From assembly GCA_965237955.1 (NCBI GenBank), contig OZ250169.1, positions 2,272,001-2,336,000 of the forward strand: a DNA stretch of 64,000 nt, written 5' to 3'. The notes beneath the pieces are model-generated. The model searched no databases. It was not told where the DNA came from and worked only from the letters and a program-made list of their open reading frames with translations. Within the stretch, counting starts at the first letter, position 1; each line of letters opens with the position of its first letter. Made by a program: the position numbers and the translations under genes. The stretch is from Candidatus Marinacidobacterales bacterium. Lineage in GTDB: Bacteria > Acidobacteriota > Vicinamibacteria > Marinacidobacterales > SMYC01. This document shows positions 29,262 to 39,633 of the stretch, piece after piece.

Positions 29262-30387
29262 GCTGGTAGAGCTCGAGATAAGCTCGAATCGCAGCTTCAG
29301 GACGAAACTCTCGCTCGATGCGATCCCGCGTTATCTTGGACGAGCGTTTCCCCCGCTCGAGCTCGGTTCGGATCACTTTCGCGAGCGGCTCGATTTGTTC
29401 TCGGGGAACGACGCGCACATCGTCCGGAAAAAGCTCGCTGAGCTCTACGCCGCCTGGATGGTCCGCGGACACGACGCGCAGACCGGAAGCGAGCGCTTCG
29501 GCAGCGACCGTCGGGAACGCTTCGAGCCGCGACGGCAGCACGAACAGATCCGCCGCGTGGTAGTACCGCGGAAGCTCGCGGTTGTCGACGAGACCCAAAA
29601 GCGTCACCGCGTCGGAAACTCCGAGTTCGTTAATCAGGCGCTCGAGCTCGGAACGCGACTCGCCATCGCCTGCAATCGCGAGCTTCGCGTCGGGAAACTT
29701 GCTGAGGACCGCCGGCATCGCCTCGATGGCGTAGCGTTGACCGGCGAGTGGATGAAGTCTCTTCACGTTGAGAAGTAGGGGGCCCTCGATACCGAGAGAG
29801 CGTCTCGCTTCGGCGCGCTCTGCGTCTGTCGGTGCGCGGAACCGAGAATCCACTGGCGGGTAGACGACGGCGCTCCGCTTCGGAATCACCCCGAGCTCGA
29901 TGGAACGCTCGAGCAACAACCGGCTGTAGAACGTGACGTGTGCAGCGTTCTCGTTCATCCACAAGAACGGGTCGATACGGCGCAGGCGACGCGGCGTGTA
30001 GTGCCATATCTCGGTCCCGTAGTGGGTGAGCAGGAAGGGTAGACCTCCGCGATAGGCCAGTGCCGCTGCGACTTGATTCATGAACGTGTTCGAGTGCACG
30101 TGCACGACGTCGACATCCTGAAACGCATCTTTGGCTTTCGCGCGCACCGAGAGCCACGTCTCGAGTTGGGTCAGGCGCAGCTTGCGACTGAGACCGTTAC
30201 GGGGTTTGCGAATGTAGTGAACGGTCTTGTTCGTCGGCTCGCCCGCTCGGGGCTCGAACGCCATGAGACGCACTTCATGCCCCCGTTCCACGAGTCCGTC
30301 GTGCAACAGTTGCGGCAACAGCGCGTTCGCCGCTTGATCGGGCGGGAGGTGGGGCGTGACCATGCAGATCTTCACGCGGCCACCCAC
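29248..30387 (-). CDS. Glycosyltransferase family 4
   Basis: DVVHVH, PSRLEAFPTVAAEALASG. Confidence 0.87.
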   Translation of the reverse strand: MGGRVKICMVTPHLPPDQAANALLPQLLHDGLVERGHEVRLMAFEPRAGEPTNKTVHYIRKPRNGLSRKLRLTQLETWLSVRAKAKDAFQDVDVVHVHSNTFMNQVAAALAYRGGLPFLLTHYGTEIWHYTPRRLRRIDPFLWMNENAAHVTFYSRLLLERSIELGVIPKRSAVVYPPVDSRFRAPTDAERAEARRSLGIEGPLLLNVKRLHPLAGQRYAIEAMPAVLSKFPDAKLAIAGDGESRSELERLINELGVSDAVTLLGLVDNRELPRYYHAADLFVLPSRLEAFPTVAAEALASGLRVVSADHPGGVELSELFPDDVRVVPREQIEPLAKVIRTELERGKRSSKITRDRIEREFRPEAAIRAYLELYQHARD

Positions 30388-31322
30388 TTGTCACGGAACT
30401 CGTGGAAGGTCGAGCCGACGGCGCCGTTTTCGGTCAGATAGGAAAGAAGCGTTTCGAGCTCACGGTAAAACGTCTCGACTTGCTCCTCCGTCTGGTTGTA
30501 GGGACTTCCACCGGCCAGGAGCTCGCTCGAGTGGAAGATGATGTTGGCCGTCGGGGCCTCCCCATCGAGCACGCGGCGCGCGAGAAGGAGCATGTCTTCG
30601 GTTTTGGAGTACGACGGTCGCAGCCAAATGGGCCGCGTGATCTTCAAGAGCCGAAGCGCGCGGCGAAACTGGTAAGCACTGGTGACATCGGCATAAGCCT
30701 TCTCGAGCCACCGCGGCCACTTGCGATCGAGAGCGCTGGTAATCGGTATCTCGAGGAGCCGACTCTCGCCCGCGACGCGGGGATCGTCACCGCTCACGAA
30801 ATAGGGAACGAGCGGCGCGCCTGCGAACGACGGGCCGCCTTTGCGCTTTTCGTTGAAGAACGGATCGACGCTCGAGTCGACGAGATAGCCGAGCTCTTCG
30901 AGGATGGCCACTTGCCAACCGGTGAACCCGTTCCGTCCCGCGCGGTACGAGACCGGCGCCGTCCCCGACACTTCGCTCACCGCTTCGGTAAGCACCTTCA
31001 GCTGCTCTTTGAACTGCGTGGGCGAGAGGTTCAGCGGGTAGAGGTGCCCGTTCACGGCAGGCGGCGTCGACCACGGGTGGTGGTGGGTCGCGATTTCGCA
31101 CCGACCGGTGGCGGCGAGCTCTTTCAACACGCCGCGAGCGCCGTCGTCTTTGGCCATCTCGTAGGTGACGAGATAGGTCGGCGGCACGCGGTATCGATCG
31201 CAAACTTCCTGGAGCCGGGGGAGCTGGTACGCGTTTTTCACCGGGAGAGCCTCGCGCGCGGATGCGTCCCACTGGTTGTCCGCCTCGGTATCGACCCCGA
31301 GAAGGACGTGCGCCTTCATCAC
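30372..31322 (-). CDS. Polysaccharide deacetylase family protein (WalW-like)
   Basis: VDTEAD, EIATHHHPW, SYRAGR, YLVDSSV, FHSSEL. Confidence 0.82.
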   Translation of the reverse strand: MMKAHVLLGVDTEADNQWDASAREALPVKNAYQLPRLQEVCDRYRVPPTYLVTYEMAKDDGARGVLKELAATGRCEIATHHHPWSTPPAVNGHLYPLNLSPTQFKEQLKVLTEAVSEVSGTAPVSYRAGRNGFTGWQVAILEELGYLVDSSVDPFFNEKRKGGPSFAGAPLVPYFVSGDDPRVAGESRLLEIPITSALDRKWPRWLEKAYADVTSAYQFRRALRLLKITRPIWLRPSYSKTEDMLLLARRVLDGEAPTANIIFHSSELLAGGSPYNQTEEQVETFYRELETLLSYLTENGAVGSTFHEFRDKWVAA

Positions 31323-32413
31323 GCTTCTCGATCCTGATCCGAGTCGCCGAAGCTGACGTGCCAGCGCGATGTGTCCCGGAAGAAAAGCTCGTCGACGTGG
31401 TCGCTATGGATGCGAACGCAAAACTGCATCGGGCTCTCGATGCGCATGAATCCCTTGCTCGCGAGCCGCGCCTGAAGCCTGCGATCGAACGTGAACGTTT
31501 GCATGCGGGCGGCTTCGTTGTCACCCGCCCACGAGAACGCGTGGTCGAGGAGCGAGCCTACCGTCGCCTTGTCGTCTGGGTCCGCGAGCAGATCCACCAC
31601 GAGTGCTAGCTTCAAACCGTTTCGTTCGGTGGCGCGCAGCACGACGTAGCCGGTGAGCACACCATCCTTGCGAGCCTCGAAGATATCGTAGCTGATATGC
31701 GGCACTTTACGGTACTTCCACTCGAGATAGTGAGCGCTCCGCTCGGCAATGAAGTCGTACGCCGGGGCCACACGCTCCCACAGAGCGTCGTACTCCGGAC
31801 CGAACGGCTCTGCCGCCCGGCCGACGTCCACGGTGTCGCCGCGGCCCTTGGTATCGCTACGGCGCCTCGGAAACACGAGCCACAAAAAGAGCTTCGCCAG
31901 GGGTGCAGCCACGGCGGCCGCCGTAGAATTGGCACCGAAGCGCCGCTCGAGAAGAGCGCCGACGTCCACGACCGCCGAGTAGCACGGCACCGGACCGACA
32001 TCCTCCCAGTTGAGCTTCTTGAAGAGCGTGTACGACGATACCGAGAGCCCGAGTCCGAGCGAGGCTTCCACTTGCTGGTCCCAGTAGAGAAACAGGCGCG
32101 AGCCGATTCCTTTCCGCTGAAGGTTGGGCCCGACCATGACGTCCATACCCCAGGAAGCTCGGAGGATACGGTCGAGCACTTTCAACCGAACCGGCATCGT
32201 CGCGTACTGGCCGAGCACGCGGCCGTCTTCTTTGGCCACCCAGATCTCGGGCCCCTCGGGCGGGCAGTTTGGATTCTCATCGTATTGCCATCGCCACCGG
32301 GCGCGGTTTTGCTCCGCCGCCTTTTTCCCGAAAACATCGACGTACATGGCCTCGAGCGCCGGGCGCTCGGCCTCGGAGCGCCGGCCGATCTCGATCGAGG
32401 GTGCAGAAGACAT
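31319..32413 (-). CDS. GNAT family N-acetyltransferase
   Basis: WRWQY..NP, DVMVGPNLQRKGIG acetyl-CoA motif, YLEWKY, C-terminal GDSD. Confidence 0.8.
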   Translation of the reverse strand: MSSAPSIEIGRRSEAERPALEAMYVDVFGKKAAEQNRARWRWQYDENPNCPPEGPEIWVAKEDGRVLGQYATMPVRLKVLDRILRASWGMDVMVGPNLQRKGIGSRLFLYWDQQVEASLGLGLSVSSYTLFKKLNWEDVGPVPCYSAVVDVGALLERRFGANSTAAAVAAPLAKLFLWLVFPRRRSDTKGRGDTVDVGRAAEPFGPEYDALWERVAPAYDFIAERSAHYLEWKYRKVPHISYDIFEARKDGVLTGYVVLRATERNGLKLALVVDLLADPDDKATVGSLLDHAFSWAGDNEAARMQTFTFDRRLQARLASKGFMRIESPMQFCVRIHSDHVDELFFRDTSRWHVSFGDSDQDREA

Positions 32414-32485
32414 GGCTGAAGATCACGATCCTAGCACGCGCGGCAGAGACGCGAAGGAGTGCCGGCATTCGGCATTCGGCATTTA

Positions 32486-32623
32486 TCAGACGTAGACGAA
32501 GATGCCGGGGAAGGCGGCGGAGCAGATCGAGATCAGCACGTACGCGACGCGCACGATCGTCGGATCCCACCCGAGCCACTGGGCGATGCCGCCGCAGACG
32601 CCGAGCAGCATGCGCTCGCTCAT
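32486..32623 (-). CDS. PspC domain small membrane protein (45 aa, C-terminally short)
   Basis: Manual translation MSERMLLGVCGGIAQWLGWDPTIVRVAYVLISICSAAFPGIFVYV*; GVCGGIA...DPT.VR signature. Below the ORF-track size cutoff. Confidence 0.8.
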   Translation of the reverse strand: MSERMLLGVCGGIAQWLGWDPTIVRVAYVLISICSAAFPGIFVYV

Positions 32624-32677
32624 CGGGCGGGGAGGTTATCACACCTCGCGAAAACCCATGCTATCCTCACGCACGAA

Positions 32678-32956
32678 ATGGGCTGTCTCGCAGGATGTTT
32701 CGCGTTTCTCTTCCCCCGTCTCATGCTCTTCATCATGTTCCTCACCAGCAACTACATCGGCCGCGCCTACGAGACGAACCTTTGGCCCGTCCTCGGATTT
32801 TTCTTCATGCCGCTCACCACCATCGCGTACGCGTGGGCGGTGAACTCGAACGGCACCGTCACCGGGATCTACCTCGTCGTCGTCGTCATCGCGGTCCTCA
32901 TGGATCTCGGCGCGAACGGGAGCGGCGCCCACCACGGCCGCAAGCGTTGGAAGTAG
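32678..32956 (+). CDS. Small hypothetical membrane protein
   Basis: MGCLAGCFAFLFPRL...WPVLGFFFMPLTTIAYAW...; three hydrophobic segments. Confidence 0.7.
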   Translation: MGCLAGCFAFLFPRLMLFIMFLTSNYIGRAYETNLWPVLGFFFMPLTTIAYAWAVNSNGTVTGIYLVVVVIAVLMDLGANGSGAHHGRKRWK

Positions 32957-32963
32957 CTGATCC

Positions 32964-33845
32964 CTACCCTGGCAGGTATTTGAGCCCAGCTGCAACCGAC
33001 GCGACGATCGAAAGAGCCGTCGCCACGATACAAATCACCGCGACAAGAAGGTGGTCGCCGCGCTCAGGCTGAAGAGGATCCAGAAACTTGGCCATGAGAT
33101 AGCCGCCAACGAGGCCACCCAAGTGGGCCTGGTTGTCCACTCCGCGCATGACGATCCCGAATATGGCGAAGAAGATCGCGTAGGCGATCATCTGCTCACG
33201 AAGGACTCGACTTCCGGTTCGATTCCCGTAGTAGAGGAGTGCGCCTAGAAGGCCAAAAACGGCCGCCGAGGCTCCTACCGTCAACGGCGCGCCGACGAGT
33301 CCGAAGAACGCCAAAAACCGACCAAATGGGATGAACGGATACAGCTGGAGGGCGACGCTACTGAAGATGAAGCCCATCGCAGATGACACCGTGTAGATGA
33401 TGATCATCCGACCCGCCCCGTAGTATTCGGCCACGGCAGGCGCAAAGTTGCGCACAATCATCATGTTGAAGCCGATGTGGATGATGCCGCCATGAAGCCA
33501 CCCGGCGCTTAACACTGTCCACCACTGGCCGCGCTCGAAAACGGGACGCCATCCACTCGCACCAAAGAGTCGTAACGCCTCGGTACTTGGACTCATGAAG
33601 GTCAGAAACCCACCCTGCCGGATTCCAGAAGGATCCACGGCAAGGGTAGCAATGAACAAGGCGAGCGAGCCGGTAATCACGAGCTTGACGAAGCCCATGT
33701 CGCGGCCGAGCGCGCGCAACGCGCCACCGAAACCCCACATGCTCGGGTTGCGGCGCCCGCAGTGGAAACACACCTCGTCGTTGACACCGACGAGCTGCCC
33801 ACACGAGGAGCACAGCACCGAGCCGGTTTTCTGTCGTTCGAACAC
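32964..33845 (-). CDS. Rhomboid family intramembrane serine protease with N-terminal Zn ribbon
   Basis: CSSC..CFHC; WLHGGIIHIGFNM; GASAAVFG; AHLGG. Confidence 0.9.
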   Translation of the reverse strand: MFERQKTGSVLCSSCGQLVGVNDEVCFHCGRRNPSMWGFGGALRALGRDMGFVKLVITGSLALFIATLAVDPSGIRQGGFLTFMSPSTEALRLFGASGWRPVFERGQWWTVLSAGWLHGGIIHIGFNMMIVRNFAPAVAEYYGAGRMIIIYTVSSAMGFIFSSVALQLYPFIPFGRFLAFFGLVGAPLTVGASAAVFGLLGALLYYGNRTGSRVLREQMIAYAIFFAIFGIVMRGVDNQAHLGGLVGGYLMAKFLDPLQPERGDHLLVAVICIVATALSIVASVAAGLKYLPG

Positions 33846-33870
33846 GCCTAACGTCTACCCTTTCGGCATT

Positions 33871-34980
33871 CTACCCGATCGTGCGCGGGAGCTCTCGCGA
33901 GAGCCGCGCGAGCACTTCGTAACCGATGGTGCCGCTCCACGCGCCGACCTCCTCCGCCGTGATCGATTCATTCCCTTGCTCGCCGAGGAGGATGACTTCG
34001 TCGTCCTCCTCCGCGGATGCCTCGGTCACGTCGATCATCGTCATGTTCATCGCAACGCGGCCCACGACGGGAGCCCGCACGCCACGAACGAGTACCGCGC
34101 CGCGGCCCGAGAGCTTTCGATCGATGCCGTCGTAGTAACCCACCGGAATCACCGCAATGCGCCGCTCCGACGACGCACGGTAGGTGCGATCGTATCCCAC
34201 GCTCGCGCCCGCTGGCACCGACTTTACTTGCGCGATGCGGCATTTCCAGCTCAACACGGGCTGCAACTTGAGATCGCGTGCCGCGTCGCGCGTCTCCGGC
34301 GAAGGCCATACACCGTAGAGCCCAATCCCGACACGAGCGATCGTCATCTCCTCTGGAGCGTGGAGCAAAACCCCGGCGGTCGGTGACACGTGAACCCACG
34401 CCGGCTCGATGTCGTTGGCCCGAAGGACGGCGAGCGCGTCGCGCAACAACTCGATCTGCTCCTGGTAGTAGGTCGAGTTTGGATCCTCGATGTCGGCAAA
34501 GTGCGTGTAGACACCTTCGACGACAACGCCTTCCAGCCCAGCCAGGTACCGTGCGAAGCTAGAGAGCTCGGTGAGTGGCACGCCGAGACGATAGAGGCCT
34601 GTCTCGATCTTCACGTGCACGTACGCTGGTTTGCCCAGCTCGTGCGCCGCGTGGGACAACGCTTCGGCGGTGTCGCGGCGAAACAGCACCTGACGCAGCC
34701 CTCGGTTCACGACGCTCTCCAACAAGTCGGGTTCGGTATGACCGAGAACAAGCACCGGTTTGGCACGGGTCAAACTCAACTCCATCGCCTCGCGGACCGA
34801 GTCCACACCGAGCCAATCGACGTGGTCGACGAGCGCGGGTACCACCACCAGCGAGCCGTGGCCGTAGGCGTTCGCCTTCACCACCGCCATTAGCTGACAC
34901 ACGTCGCCGAGACGTTTTCGGAACGCGGCGACGTTCGCGAGGAGCCGTTCCCGATCGATTTCGATCCAGGAGCCTGCCAC
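33871..34980 (-). CDS. alr: Alanine racemase
   Basis: VVKANAYGHG PLP lysine, HVKIETG..RLG, GYYDG, GRVAMN, TIGYEVL. Confidence 0.95.
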   Translation of the reverse strand: MAGSWIEIDRERLLANVAAFRKRLGDVCQLMAVVKANAYGHGSLVVVPALVDHVDWLGVDSVREAMELSLTRAKPVLVLGHTEPDLLESVVNRGLRQVLFRRDTAEALSHAAHELGKPAYVHVKIETGLYRLGVPLTELSSFARYLAGLEGVVVEGVYTHFADIEDPNSTYYQEQIELLRDALAVLRANDIEPAWVHVSPTAGVLLHAPEEMTIARVGIGLYGVWPSPETRDAARDLKLQPVLSWKCRIAQVKSVPAGASVGYDRTYRASSERRIAVIPVGYYDGIDRKLSGRGAVLVRGVRAPVVGRVAMNMTMIDVTEASAEEDDEVILLGEQGNESITAEEVGAWSGTIGYEVLARLSRELPRTIG

Positions 34981-36168
34981 TTACTGGTAAGCCCTCACCA
35001 GAGGCTTCATCGTCATCGACTGCACCACGAGTGAGAAGAAGACGAGGATGGCAGTGAAGACAAGAAACTCGGCGCGGAAGGGAACGTCACGGGGAAGGCC
35101 GAGGACGAGAGCTATCGGGATCGATCCCTTCAGACCACCCCACACCATGATGTGCGCCCACCTGAATGGAAACGCCTGATGGGTCTTGCTCGTGAAGTAG
35201 TAGACCGGGTAGACCGTGAGGGCACGGGCGAGGAGCACGATCCCGACGATGAGAAGTCCCGGGAGGATGAACGATGTCAGGTCCCCGACGTACGCTTTCA
35301 TCTCGAAGCCGATGAGCACGAACAAGACCGCGTTGATGAGGAAGTCGACGACTTCCCAGAAGTTGTCGATGGTCTCGATCGTCTGGCTCGACATCGAGAA
35401 CAGCTTCCCGTAGTTGCCAATGATGAGTCCGGCGACGACGACCGCGATGACGCCGGAGAGATGAAACATCTCGGCGAAAAGAAAACTCCCGAACACGAGC
35501 ACGACCGTCAGCGTGACTTCGAGAAGGTGATCGTCGAGGCCTTTCATCAGCCGGTAGCACGAAAAGCCGAAGGCGAGACCGATGACGGCGCCACCCAAAC
35601 ATACCTTGAAGAAATCTCCCGCGATCGCGGTCACGCTCGGCTCGGCACCCTGGTAGAGCACGGCGAAAAGTGCTGAGAACAACACCACACTGGTACCGTC
35701 ATTGAACAGGCTCTCGCCCTCCATCAGCGCTTTCAGTCGTTTCGGCGCACCGACTTCACGAAAAATCGCGAGCACCGAGATGGGATCCGTGGCCGCCACC
35801 ATCGCGCCGAAGAGAAGCCCTTTGAGCCACGGCATTTCGAGCGCGTAGTGGAGCATCGTGCCCACGAGAAACGTGGCCACGATGAGGCCGGGAACCGCCA
35901 GGGTCGCAACCGGGATCAGATTCCTCTTGAGGCTCTCGAGGTCCATATGGAGTGCGCCCTGGAACAAGAGCGGCGGGAGCACGATGAGGAGCACGAGCTC
36001 CTTGCTGAGGTGGACGTCCATCTCGATGGGGAGAAAGCTCACCGCGACACCCATGAGCACGAGCGCGGTCGTGTAGGGAACGTGAATCTGTTTGACGAGG
36101 ATGGCGACGAGCGAAGCGACGCTCAGAATCAACAACAGGTCTTCGAGCACGAGCGCGGTTTCGGACAT
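34981..36168 (-). CDS. CPA1-family Na+/H+ antiporter (NhaP/NhaG-like)
   Basis: LPPLLF, ATDPISVL, EGESLFNDG, WGGLKG. Real start MSETAL at 36168. Confidence 0.9.
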   Translation of the reverse strand: MSETALVLEDLLLILSVASLVAILVKQIHVPYTTALVLMGVAVSFLPIEMDVHLSKELVLLIVLPPLLFQGALHMDLESLKRNLIPVATLAVPGLIVATFLVGTMLHYALEMPWLKGLLFGAMVAATDPISVLAIFREVGAPKRLKALMEGESLFNDGTSVVLFSALFAVLYQGAEPSVTAIAGDFFKVCLGGAVIGLAFGFSCYRLMKGLDDHLLEVTLTVVLVFGSFLFAEMFHLSGVIAVVVAGLIIGNYGKLFSMSSQTIETIDNFWEVVDFLINAVLFVLIGFEMKAYVGDLTSFILPGLLIVGIVLLARALTVYPVYYFTSKTHQAFPFRWAHIMVWGGLKGSIPIALVLGLPRDVPFRAEFLVFTAILVFFSLVVQSMTMKPLVRAYQ

Positions 36169-36169
36169 G

Positions 36170-37966
36170 CTAGTGATATCGGACGAGGGCCACGTCATGG
36201 AGCGTGCGAACACCCATGACGCCAATATAAAGGATGGCGCCCCAGGCTGCCGCCATGCCCAGCCGCCCGCGGTCGAAAGCACTCGAAAGATAAACACCGC
36301 CGACAAGCGCCAACAGCGGGAGCGCTTGGAGCGCGTAGCGGATCTCGACGGCCGAGGCGAGGTCGATCCCGAGAAACAGAATCGAAACGCCGAGCCACAC
36401 GAGCGCCGCGCTCCGGAACGTCGTCGCGTGCCGAGCTTTGACCAGCGATAGGCTTCCGAGCGCCGCCACCGCGAGGAACACCCAGCCGAGCGGAAACACC
36501 GTCGCTTGCCACCCGCCCGTTCCGCCGCTCGATTCCCCGGTGACGGCGCGGCCCCACTGGCCGGTGACGAGCTCGGCATAGCCGAGGTAGTAAATGCCGA
36601 CGATCACGAAGCTCACCGTCAGGGCGATCGTCAAACGTTTGCGATCGTCTTTCACCGGCGTTGGCCCGAGCCACAGGAGCGCGAGCCATGCCGGGAACAA
36701 GACGACACCTTCAAGCAGCATTCCGAAATGAGCGGTGAGCGCGAACGCAGTGAAGATCGCGCACGCGATCGGCCGCGTGAATAGAAATGTGAATGCGAGC
36801 GTAAGCATGGCGACGGCAAAAATATTCGTTAAGTTCCCTGCGGAGAAGCTCAACGCGTTCATCGGCACGAGCTGATAGAGAAGTGCGGCGAGAACGCCGC
36901 CACGCACGTCGTCGAAAAATCGCCACGCGAGCAGAATCAACATGATGGAGACGACGACATCGAACGCAGAAGTTGTCGCGGTGAGCGCGGTGACCCGTTC
37001 GAGGCCGAGGCCCACGAGGGGAGCGCTCACGACGTAGAGCGACACCGGGTAGGGGATGGTGAACGGTGGCTCATGCTGCGTCACCGACGTCGGATGCCAA
37101 TCTCCATCGAGAAAGTGCTGCATGCGGTTCGCTTGAAAGTCGGCGTCCGAAGTGAGGGTAAGGGGATAGAACGCGACCGCCATCTCGACAAGGAACACGA
37201 CCGCGATCGCGCCCGTGACCGACCGCCGCGGATCTTTCTGAAGCCGCCGGGCGAAAACCGCGACGACCAGCGTCAGAGCGGAGAGCGCCGCCACATGAAA
37301 CGGGTACAGCGAAAACCGCAACGCGTGGCAGGCTAGCAAATAGACGAAGCCGCCCAAAAAGAGTAGCGCCACCCCCGCGGACGGGAGGCTTGCCCCCGAT
37401 GCGACGAGCGCGGCCGCAAACAACAAAACAGCGGCGACGCCCATGAGCGCCGAAGGCGCCGCCCACGACAAGGGCGTATCGGGAAGGCGCACGGTGACAC
37501 CGAGGACCTGCACACCCAGGGGTCGTTTGCCGCTCGGGTCGAACGTGTTAGAACGGATACCGAGACGAAGATGGGAGCGGTCTGATGGGAACTCGAAATG
37601 GTAGCTGACGGTTCCCGGGAGCCCCGGGGTGTTGTGCACGGTGGCGCCATTCGCGGTGAAAGCGAGATTGGGAAGCGGTTCACCGTGGGGGCGTCGCACT
37701 CGGAGGCGGGCTTCGACGGCGAGCTCTCCCGTCGTAGGAAGGTTGTGGAAATCCAGGTACGAGACGTCTTTCGTCCAGCGAAAGAATTGATCGCCGAGGC
37801 GCTCGCGGTTGTGGAAATCCGAGATCATCCCGCCTTCGTAAGCGTTTTCGAAGTCGACGACGATGTCGCCACTCCGTCGATACAGCGCGGCGGTCGCGAC
37901 GAACGTAACCCCGGCACTGAGGAAGGCGAGGGCGAGCGCTACCGCGAGCTCTCTTTTAGCGACCAT
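36170..37966 (-). CDS. Polytopic membrane protein, possible GT-C transferase
   Basis: N-terminal TM, extracytoplasmic domain (FRWT motif), then many TM helices with IPYP motif. Confidence 0.6.
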   Translation of the reverse strand: MVAKRELAVALALAFLSAGVTFVATAALYRRSGDIVVDFENAYEGGMISDFHNRERLGDQFFRWTKDVSYLDFHNLPTTGELAVEARLRVRRPHGEPLPNLAFTANGATVHNTPGLPGTVSYHFEFPSDRSHLRLGIRSNTFDPSGKRPLGVQVLGVTVRLPDTPLSWAAPSALMGVAAVLLFAAALVASGASLPSAGVALLFLGGFVYLLACHALRFSLYPFHVAALSALTLVVAVFARRLQKDPRRSVTGAIAVVFLVEMAVAFYPLTLTSDADFQANRMQHFLDGDWHPTSVTQHEPPFTIPYPVSLYVVSAPLVGLGLERVTALTATTSAFDVVVSIMLILLAWRFFDDVRGGVLAALLYQLVPMNALSFSAGNLTNIFAVAMLTLAFTFLFTRPIACAIFTAFALTAHFGMLLEGVVLFPAWLALLWLGPTPVKDDRKRLTIALTVSFVIVGIYYLGYAELVTGQWGRAVTGESSGGTGGWQATVFPLGWVFLAVAALGSLSLVKARHATTFRSAALVWLGVSILFLGIDLASAVEIRYALQALPLLALVGGVYLSSAFDRGRLGMAAAWGAILYIGVMGVRTLHDVALVRYH

Positions 37967-39630
37967 ATCTCGATGAGCGGTCCTTTGTGCGATAGACCGG
38001 CGCTCGGCGCCCAGTCTTCGTTGTCCAAGTAGGGCGTCCCGTCTTCTCCATCTACGCCATCTAAGAACGGAGAGATCGTCGTCAGCAGCGTTCCCTCCGT
38101 GGCGGCGCGCTCGAACACCGCCGCCAACGCCGCCGGTGGCGAAATCGGGGCTCGGCGCAGGATGACGCCAAAAACGCCGCGCTCGATCAGAGGATCGAAT
38201 CCCCCATTGAGATCGTCGAGCTCGTCGTAAGCGATGTAGATGCGGTTGAGCTCGTCACCTTTCCCGAGAAAGTACAAGGGATAGCTCGTGGGCTCTGCTT
38301 GTGCGACATCGAGAAGCGAAGCGTACTTACCGCGGCGCTCGAGCTCGTCGAGGGCGCCGTTCGCTTCCAGGCTATCGCGAACGCTCTCCGCGGACTGCGG
38401 GAGCGGCACCGAGTACGACTGCAGCGCGAACGTCGCCCCCGAGACTACGTTTTCGACGACCCACTCCCGGGCGACGGTGCGGGTGTCCTCTCTCGCAAAG
38501 AGACGATCGACGTGGATCGACCAATAGAGCGGCTGCAGGCACGCAAGCACCGCCACGAGAACCGCCGCCGTTCTTCCCATCCGAGCTTCGAGCGCGGACA
38601 CCGAAAGCCCCGCCGCCGCCGCCAGACTCGGAAGGATCGGGTTCAAGTAGCGACCCGCAAAAAACGTGTAGGTTATGAATCCGAAGAACAAGAGCGGAAA
38701 GCTACCCCAGAGCGCGAGCTCGTTGCGGTGGTTTCGCGCCATGAGAACGAAGCCTATTAGCACCAACGTGAACAGGAGATAACCCAAGCCCTGCGTCACC
38801 AGGAACTCGAGGTAGCGCCCGAAGCTCGGGAAGATTGCGAGCCCGCCTTCGAGGCTTCGATCCACGACGACCTGACGGTTGGCTCGCATGTGCTCGAGCG
38901 CAATAGGGAATCTCAAAACGACGAATGGCGACAGCAGAAAAAACGTCACCGCCGACACCGCTCCCGCTGCGACCACGTGCGCGAAACGCTCCCACCCGCG
39001 GCTCACCAAATGGCACACGATGAACGCAGGTGCCAGGAAAATCATGTAGTAATGCGTCGCGAACGCTACCCCCAGTGCCCCACCTGCCACCAAATACGCC
39101 CAGAGCCCTTTCTTGGACAGCGCACGATCGATCGCCCAAAGTGCGAGGATGAACAAGAACCCGCTGGGGACATCGTGTTTGAGATAGTGCGCGTCGCGCA
39201 CGTGAAAGTAAGCGACCGCGATGAACACCGAGGCCGCCCTTGCGGCGGTGCGCCCGAAGTGTTTAAGCACGAGCCCGTAAGTAACAACGATGGTAGCGAG
39301 CGCGGCGACGACGCCTATTAGACGTCCGACGAGATAAAACTCGGTCGGGTCTTCGAAAAAGCGAGCCTGGAACGCGGCGACATTCTCGTAGCCTCCGTGG
39401 ACCCATCCGAACACATAGAGCCCCCCCATGACCGCGAACAAAAAATAGAAGAAAAAACTCGGGTAGAGGTAGTACTCGGGGTCGAGACCGCGAGCGACCG
39501 CGAGCGACCGCGCCATGATGTTCGCTTCGTCCGGGTTATAGACGAACGGTAGGCCGTGGTCGATTCCGTAGAGCCGCAGCACGGCGGCCAGGGCGAGCAC
39601 GACGACGAGAAATGGGTCTCGCATCGACAC
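37939..39630 (-). CDS. ArnT/PMT (GT39/GT83)-like membrane glycosyltransferase
   Basis: LRLYGID.GLP..YNPDE first-loop DE motif, YP.FF.Y, RYL.P; many TM helices. Confidence 0.8.
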   Translation of the reverse strand: MSMRDPFLVVVLALAAVLRLYGIDHGLPFVYNPDEANIMARSLAVARGLDPEYYLYPSFFFYFLFAVMGGLYVFGWVHGGYENVAAFQARFFEDPTEFYLVGRLIGVVAALATIVVTYGLVLKHFGRTAARAASVFIAVAYFHVRDAHYLKHDVPSGFLFILALWAIDRALSKKGLWAYLVAGGALGVAFATHYYMIFLAPAFIVCHLVSRGWERFAHVVAAGAVSAVTFFLLSPFVVLRFPIALEHMRANRQVVVDRSLEGGLAIFPSFGRYLEFLVTQGLGYLLFTLVLIGFVLMARNHRNELALWGSFPLLFFGFITYTFFAGRYLNPILPSLAAAAGLSVSALEARMGRTAAVLVAVLACLQPLYWSIHVDRLFAREDTRTVAREWVVENVVSGATFALQSYSVPLPQSAESVRDSLEANGALDELERRGKYASLLDVAQAEPTSYPLYFLGKGDELNRIYIAYDELDDLNGGFDPLIERGVFGVILRRAPISPPAALAAVFERAATEGTLLTTISPFLDGVDGEDGTPYLDNEDWAPSAGLSHKGPLIEIWSLKESSR

Positions 39631-39633
39631 CCG

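Noticed and set aside
27589-29441. Long antisense ORFs (e.g. 529 aa and 319 aa here; 492 aa opposite clpC)
   Set aside because: Shadow ORFs typical of high-GC DNA, lying opposite well-supported genes and lacking motifs.
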